This document shows, piece after piece, positions 57,160 to 64,000 of a stretch of 64,000 nucleotides of DNA. Source of the stretch: the human T2T-CHM13v2.0 reference genome, Homo sapiens. The position numbers and the translations under genes were made by a program. Position 1 is the stretch's first letter, and every line of letters begins with the position of its first letter. The stretch is from assembly GCF_009914755.1 (NCBI RefSeq), contig NC_060928.1. One strand, given 5' to 3'. Under the pieces are notes generated by a model that worked only from the letters and a program-made list of their open reading frames with translations, was not told the DNA's origin and ran no database searches.

Positions 57160-60100
57160 TCTCTACACAACTCTCTACCCAAAAATAAGATAATATACAT
57201 TCTACTCATCGCCACATGGCAAATACTCTAAAATTGACCACATAATTGGACATAAAATAAACCTCAGCATATGCAAAAGAATCAAAATTATATTAATACC
57301 AAACACACGCTCGGACAATAGCACAATAAAAAAAATCAAGACTAAAAACAAAGTACTCAAAACCAGGCAATTACATAGAAATATTAAACAACAGACTCCT
57401 AAATGCCTTTGGGGTGAATAATGATATTAAGACAGACATCAGGAAGTTATTTGATACTAATGAGAATAAAAATATACCTTACCAGAATCTCTGGGATACA
57501 TCTGAGGCAGTTTTTAGAGGGAAATTCTTAGCACTAAATTCCCACTTAGAAAAGTTAGGAAGATCTCAAATTAACAATCTAACATCATACTGAAAGAATT
57601 GGAGAAATAAGAGCAAATCAAACCTAAAGCTAGCAGAAGACAGGGAATAATCAAAATCAGAGATGAACTGAAGGAAACTGAGACCTGAAAATCCACTCAA
57701 AAGATCAACAAATCCAAAAGTTAGTTTTTCAAAATAATAATAAGATAGACCACTAGCTAGACTAATGAAGAAAAGACAGAAGATCCAGAAAAACACAATT
57801 AGAAATGACAAAAATAATGTTACCACTGACCCCACAGAAATAAAAATAGCCATCAGAAACTACTGTGAACAACTCTACACAAACAAACTAGAAAACCTGG
57901 TAGAGATGTATGAATTCCTGGACACATACACTCTAACAAGACTGAACTAGGAAGCAACTGAGTCTCTGAACACACCAATAACAAGCTCTGAAACTAAATC
58001 AGAAATAAATAACCAACCAACCAAAAAAGCCCAGGACCAAAGAGATTGAAAGCTGAATTCTACTAGATGTACTTTAGAAGAGCTAGAAACATTCCTGGTG
58101 AAATTATTCCAAAAAATTGAGAAGGAGGGACCCGTTCCCAACTCATTCTGTGGGGCCAACATCATCCTGATACCAAAAGCTGGCACGGACACAACAATAG
58201 CAACAACAAAATCTTCAGGCCAATATTTTTGATGAATATTGATGCAAAAATCCTTAACAAAATACTGGTAAACCAAATCCAGCAGCACTTCAAAAAGCTG
58301 AATTGTCCACGATCAAGTAGGTTTCATTCCTGGGATGCAAAGTTGGTTCAACATACGCAAATTAATAAATGTGAATCATCACATAAAAGAGCTAAAGAAA
58401 AAAGCCACATGCCTATCCCAATAGATGGAGACATGGCTTTTGATAAAATTTAACATCACTTTATGTTAAAAACTATGAAAGAACATAGCTCAAAATAATA
58501 AGAGCCGTCTATGACAAACCCACAGCCAACATCATACTGAATGGGAAAATGCCAGAAGCATTCCCCCTAAAAACTGGCACAAATAAGGATTCCTTCTCTC
58601 AACACTCCTATTCAACAAAGTATCAGGAGTCCTGAGCACGGCAATTAGGCAAGAGAAAGAAATAAAGCATTTAAAAGGGAAGAAAGAAAGTCAAATGATT
58701 CCTGTTTGCAGACGACATGATCCTATATCTCATGTCGTCTCATGAGAAAACAACATAGTCTCAGCCCAAAAGCTCCTTCAGCTGGCAAACAACTTCAGAA
58801 AAATTTCAGGATAAAAAATTAATCTACAAAAGTTACTAGAATTCCTATACACCAACAGCAGTCAAGCTGAGAGCCAAATGAAGAAAGCAATTTCATTCAC
58901 AATTGCCACACAAAGAATAAAGTACCAAAGAATACAGCTAAGCAGGGAAGCAGAAGATCTCTATAACGAGAATTACAAAACACTGCCGAAATAAATCAGA
59001 GATGACCCAAGCAAATGGAAACACATTCTATATTCATGGATAGGAAGAATCAATATTATTAAAATGAACATACTGCCTAAAGCAATTTATAGATTCAGTG
59101 CTATTTCCATCAAACTACCAATGACATTCTTCACAGAACTAGGAAAAACTATTTTAAAATTTACATGCAATGAAAAAGAGCCAAAATAGCCAAGACAATC
59201 CTAAGCAAGAAGAACAAAGCTGGAGACATCACACCACCAACATCAAACTATACTACAGGGCTACGGTAACCAAAACAGCATGACACTGGTACAAAAATAG
59301 ACACATAGACCAAAGGAACAGAATAAAGAGCCCAGAAATAATGCTGCATACCTATAGCCATCTGATCTTTAACAAAGCTGAAAAAACAAATAATGGGATA
59401 GGATTCCCTATGCAATAAATGGTGATGGAACAACTGGCTAGCCTTATGCAGAAGACTGAAACCAGGTCCTTTCCTCACACCATATACAAAAATCAACTCA
59501 AGATGGATTAAAGACTTAAATGTAAAACCCAAAACTATAAAAACCCTGAAAGATAACCTAGGCAATCGCATCCTAGACATAGAAATAGGCAAAGATTTTA
59601 TGACAAAGTTACCAAAAGCAATCACAGAAAAAGCAAAAATTGAGAAATGGGATCTAATTAAACTTAAGAGCTTCTGCACAGCAAAAGAAATTATCAACAG
59701 AGTAAACAGACAAACTACAGAATGGGAGAACATTTTTGCAAACTATGCATCTGACAAAGGTCTTATATTCAGCATCTATATGGAATGTAAACAAATCTAT
59801 AAGAAAAATCAAACAAACAACCCCCTTAAAGAGAGGGCATAGATCATGAACAGACATTTCAAAAGAAGACATACGTGTGGCCAAAAAACATAAGAAAAAA
59901 GCTCAATGTCATTGATCATTAGAGAAATGTAAATCAAAACCACAATAAGAAACCATTTTACACCAGTCAGAATGGCTACTATTAAAGTCAAAGAATAACA
60001 GATACTGGTGTGGTTGCAGAGAAAAAGGAACATTTACACAGTATTAGTGGGAATGTAAATTAGTTCAAATGTTGTGGAAAGCAGTATGGTAATTCCTCAA

Positions 60101-60631
60101 AGAGCTAAAAACAGAACTACCATTTGACCCAACAATCCCATTACTGGGCATTTACCCAGAGGACTATAAATCATTCTATTACAAAGACAAATGCATGTGA
60201 ATGTTCTTTGCACAATAGTGAACGCATGGAATCAACCTGAATGCCCATCACATATACACCATGGAATACTATGCAGCCATAAAAATATAACAAGATCAGG
60301 TCTTTTGTGGGAACATGGGTGGAGCTGAAGGTCGTTATCCCTAGCAAACTAACATGGGAACAGAAAACAAAATACCACATCTTCTTACTTATAAGTGGAA
60401 GTAAAATAAGAACTCATGAACACAAAGAAGAGAAAAACAGACACCCAGACCTCCTTGAAGGTGGAGATTGGGAGGGGGAGAGGATCAGAAAAAAAAAAAT
60501 TCTACTGGGTACTAGGCTTAGTACCAGGGTGACAAAATAATCTGTACAACAAACCCCCTTGACACAAGTTAACCTATATAAGAAAACTGCATGTGTACCC
60601 CCAAACAACATAAAAGTTAAAAAAAAAAAAA
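57160..60631 (+). mobile_element. 5'-truncated L1PA15-like element (~3.5 kb, degenerate ORF2 + 3'UTR + polyA)
   Basis: ORF2 pieces ([12 protein letters not shown]; [19 protein letters not shown]); 3'UTR gagaggatcagaaaa...gggtactaggcttagtacc...aatctgtacaacaaacccc. Confidence 0.9.
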
Positions 60632-61587
60632 CCTCATTTCTGCAAATCCACATAGTTACGTAATTCAGAATATAGAGGGCAGTATCTGAACTCCGATTAT
60701 TCAGCTTTCTTTTAATAAAATGAGAATAAAGTAGGCATGAGAATGACATTCTGAGAAATGAAATGGTACATATTATTTTATGGTATTTTGGAGAATTTAT
60801 CATATGCACTCTTTTATGAGTTAATTATAAACTGAAGCAGTCATCACATTGTATAGAAAATGTAAACTAGTAATAGAACAGCTATTTACTCACAAGCACT
60901 ATTTTCCCATTTACAAATACAGTGTATAACAATTTTCTGTTCTTTCCCATGTGAAGAAATTGTTTATAGTCCTAAACAATCTCTTTTCTGAAAGAGATTT
61001 AATTAAGAGTAGAGTAGTTTTATAAAGACAATCAGAATTGCGCTATTATTTGTATAAATAGTTAAGAACTAATGTAAAGGATGCTTCCTGCATAGTTTGG
61101 ATAATGAGAAAATAAGTCAAGCTCTAAAAGGTTCTACAATGTTACGATTTATTCTGTTAAGCACAACTCTAAAAGTTGTACAGAACCAAAATAACCCAGG
61201 TCATTAAAAAGCATATTAAATTATTTTATAGAAATATATATGAAAACCATAGAAGAAATAATTTTATAGTAAATATAGGAAACCTATAATCACCATCTAA
61301 AAGTAGATATTACATATAATATATAACAACTTTAATTCACTTGTGCAAAATTTGTTTTTTATGTATTTCTGGCACTTTTAAAAAGGAATTTCAAGTAAAC
61401 AAAAAAGGTGACTTATCACCGTGTCCACATAGATGGGTTCTAATCAGCAAGTATAATTTCTGTTTATTCCATTACTTTCTCTGCCATCCAATTTTCCCTG
61501 GAGAGTTCTCTCTTTTTGAGCTTGATATATATGACCAAACATCTGTTGGTCATATCCAAAACTGAACTGAAAAGATAAATCTAGATA

Positions 61588-61948
61588 CAGGTTGAGTATC
61601 CCTTATTAAAAATGCATGAGAACAGAAATGTTTTGGGTTTTAGAATTTTTTTCAGATTTTGGTATATTTGAATATACATAACAAGATAATTTGGAAACGA
61701 GATCCAAGTTTAAACACAAATTTATTTATGTTTAATATATACCATACACACACAGCCTTGTGGTAATGTTATATAACATTTTAAATAATTTTCTGCATGA
61801 AACACAGTTTGGACTATATTTTGACTGCAACCCAACACATGAGTTCAGGTATGGAATTTTCACTAATGGTATCAGGTTGGCACTCAAAAAGTGTCATATT
61901 TTAGAGCATATTCAAACTTAAATTTTTGGAGTAGGGATGTTCAACCTG
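61588..61948 (+). mobile_element. Tigger4b (Zombi/MER46-family) MITE, complete
   Basis: TIRs caggttgagtatccct / agggatgttcaacctg, flanked by TA and TG (degenerate TA TSD). Confidence 0.88.
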
Positions 61949-62829
61949 TGTAGATATTTTTATTTTCTAGGTCAAAGGAAAAAATTAATCAAAGGATAAT
62001 ACATTTCAACACAGAGACTGGATCATCTATTTTCAATGAGCTGATTTTTAAAATTTGTCAGAAAATATGCATGTTCAATGGGAAAAAAATCAAAGCAGAA
62101 AGACAAATAATTCATAAAAATAAAATGCAAGTTGCTAAAAATAGTGATATAAATACCAAGATATATTTAATTGATCAAATTGTTCAATATTAAAAGTAAT
62201 AGCATTCGGGGTTGGAAAGGATACAAACAAGCCTCCTCAGATAATATATTCCTGTTGAGAGTATAAATTGATACAATATTTTAGAGGAAATTTAACAACA
62301 AAAGTAATCAAAAGCCTTAACACTTTATGTACCCTATGCCTGAGCAATGTCCTCTAAGAACTTATGGGGGAGGAAAAAATACAGAGATGGGCAAATAATT
62401 TGCCTAGGGTGCTCATTCCATTGGGCTCGAATCCTGATTTGATCTCACATGAGAAATAAGGGATATAGATTTAACTTCAACAGTAATCAAGCTATAATAT
62501 TGATAGATGCTCTAGAGATGAACAAGAATATTGAAAGGTCTTATTTTGAAAATAAATTGGACTAATACTTGAGAAATTTCTGTATTGAATAACCAAATAA
62601 AAGGGTGGTGAATATGTGATATAAAAGGAATAGTCAAGTACTTGGAGAACATACAATCACAGAGATAAGAGAACATTTCAGAAAGAACAGTCAACTATCT
62701 CCAATCTGACAAGGAGAGTGAGGACTAAAAGATGTCCTGTCCATTCGATTTATGATATTAAAGCTATGAGAGAACTTAGCAACAACTTGTTTGTTCAGCT
62801 ACTCCCAGTAAAAATATTCTTTCTTCATG

Positions 62830-63173
<344 letters not shown>

Positions 63174-63299
63174 TTAACTATTTTTATTCCAAATCAATTT
63201 ATTTCCAACATAGGCCTTTTAATATTAATTTAGAGTTATAGTATGAGAGTCAATCACCATGGTTTGGAAGGGGCAATAGATGTTTCTTCATTCTGAAAC

Positions 63300-64000
63300 A
63301 TATGGGCATCGGTGGGATTGCTCACCTAAAGTGTGATGTCAATACCAAACCCCTGAGCTTATCCAACCCCTCAACCCATTTTACCCAGTCTTACTCATCT
63401 CAAATAATTGAAACCCCTTTCAGTTCTTCAGGCCAAAAAAATGCCGTCATATTTCCCTCATTTATTTTGCATGGTACATCCAAAATGTCAGCAAATCCTG
63501 GAGACTCTATTTCCAAAGGTATACAGAATCTGATTTTGTATTACTCCTTACTGCTGACATTTGTTCCAAATCAGTGTCTCCTCACACCTGAATTATTGAA
63601 GTAGCCTACTAATTTTTCACCCTGCATCCACCTACCTTCCCCACACTTTGTTCTTAACTCAAGAGCCATCTCTATACATTTTAAATTAGTACTCGTTACT
63701 TCTTGGCTTAAATCTCTCTAATGATGTCTGTTCTAACAAAGAGTATTACACAGCATTCTTACAATGACCCTCATTATCTCTCTAACCTCATCTCCTTCTA
63801 CTTCCCCTCCACTCAGCTAGCTTCACTGACAGCCTTGCTGATAATGGAGCATCCCAGGATGCATCCTTCCTCAAAGACTTTGCAGAGGATTGTTCTGTTA
63901 TTTCTTGGTAACACTATACTTTCTTTACATGTTTTCTCACACCCTTCTCATTGAGACAGTCCCTGTCCACCCTACTTACCATGCTATTGTCCATCCCAGA
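63300..64000 (+). mobile_element. L2 fragment
   Basis: cccagtcttactcatctca...tcagcaaatcctg...ttccaaaggtatacagaatctga...cttggcttaaatctctc. Confidence 0.7.

Overview
This is AT-rich, CpG-poor primate (most likely human) genomic DNA, identified by its Alu, L1PA, THE1, MST, MLT1, MER, L2 and MIR repeats. I find no host protein-coding exon, RNA gene, CpG island or CRISPR array, so it is probably intergenic or deep intronic. The only real protein-like ORFs are LINE-1 ORF2 fragments; the rest of the ORF track is repeat-derived or chance. The most notable structures are: (1) two young L1PA insertions, each with a twin-priming 5' inversion, one of them nested in an old L1MB almost at its own homologous ORF2 position; (2) a ~300-bp non-TE-looking direct duplication in which each copy carries a different private hairpin; (3) several template-switch-like palindromes, including an inverted copy of the L1 RT 'ADDM' codons; (4) a complete THE1 provirus; and (5) candidate enhancers and non-coding exons, inferred from motifs only. 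I see no convincing evidence for a new gene-encoded system. Subfamily names come from recalled consensus sequences, not a database search, and the boundaries of old repeats are approximate.
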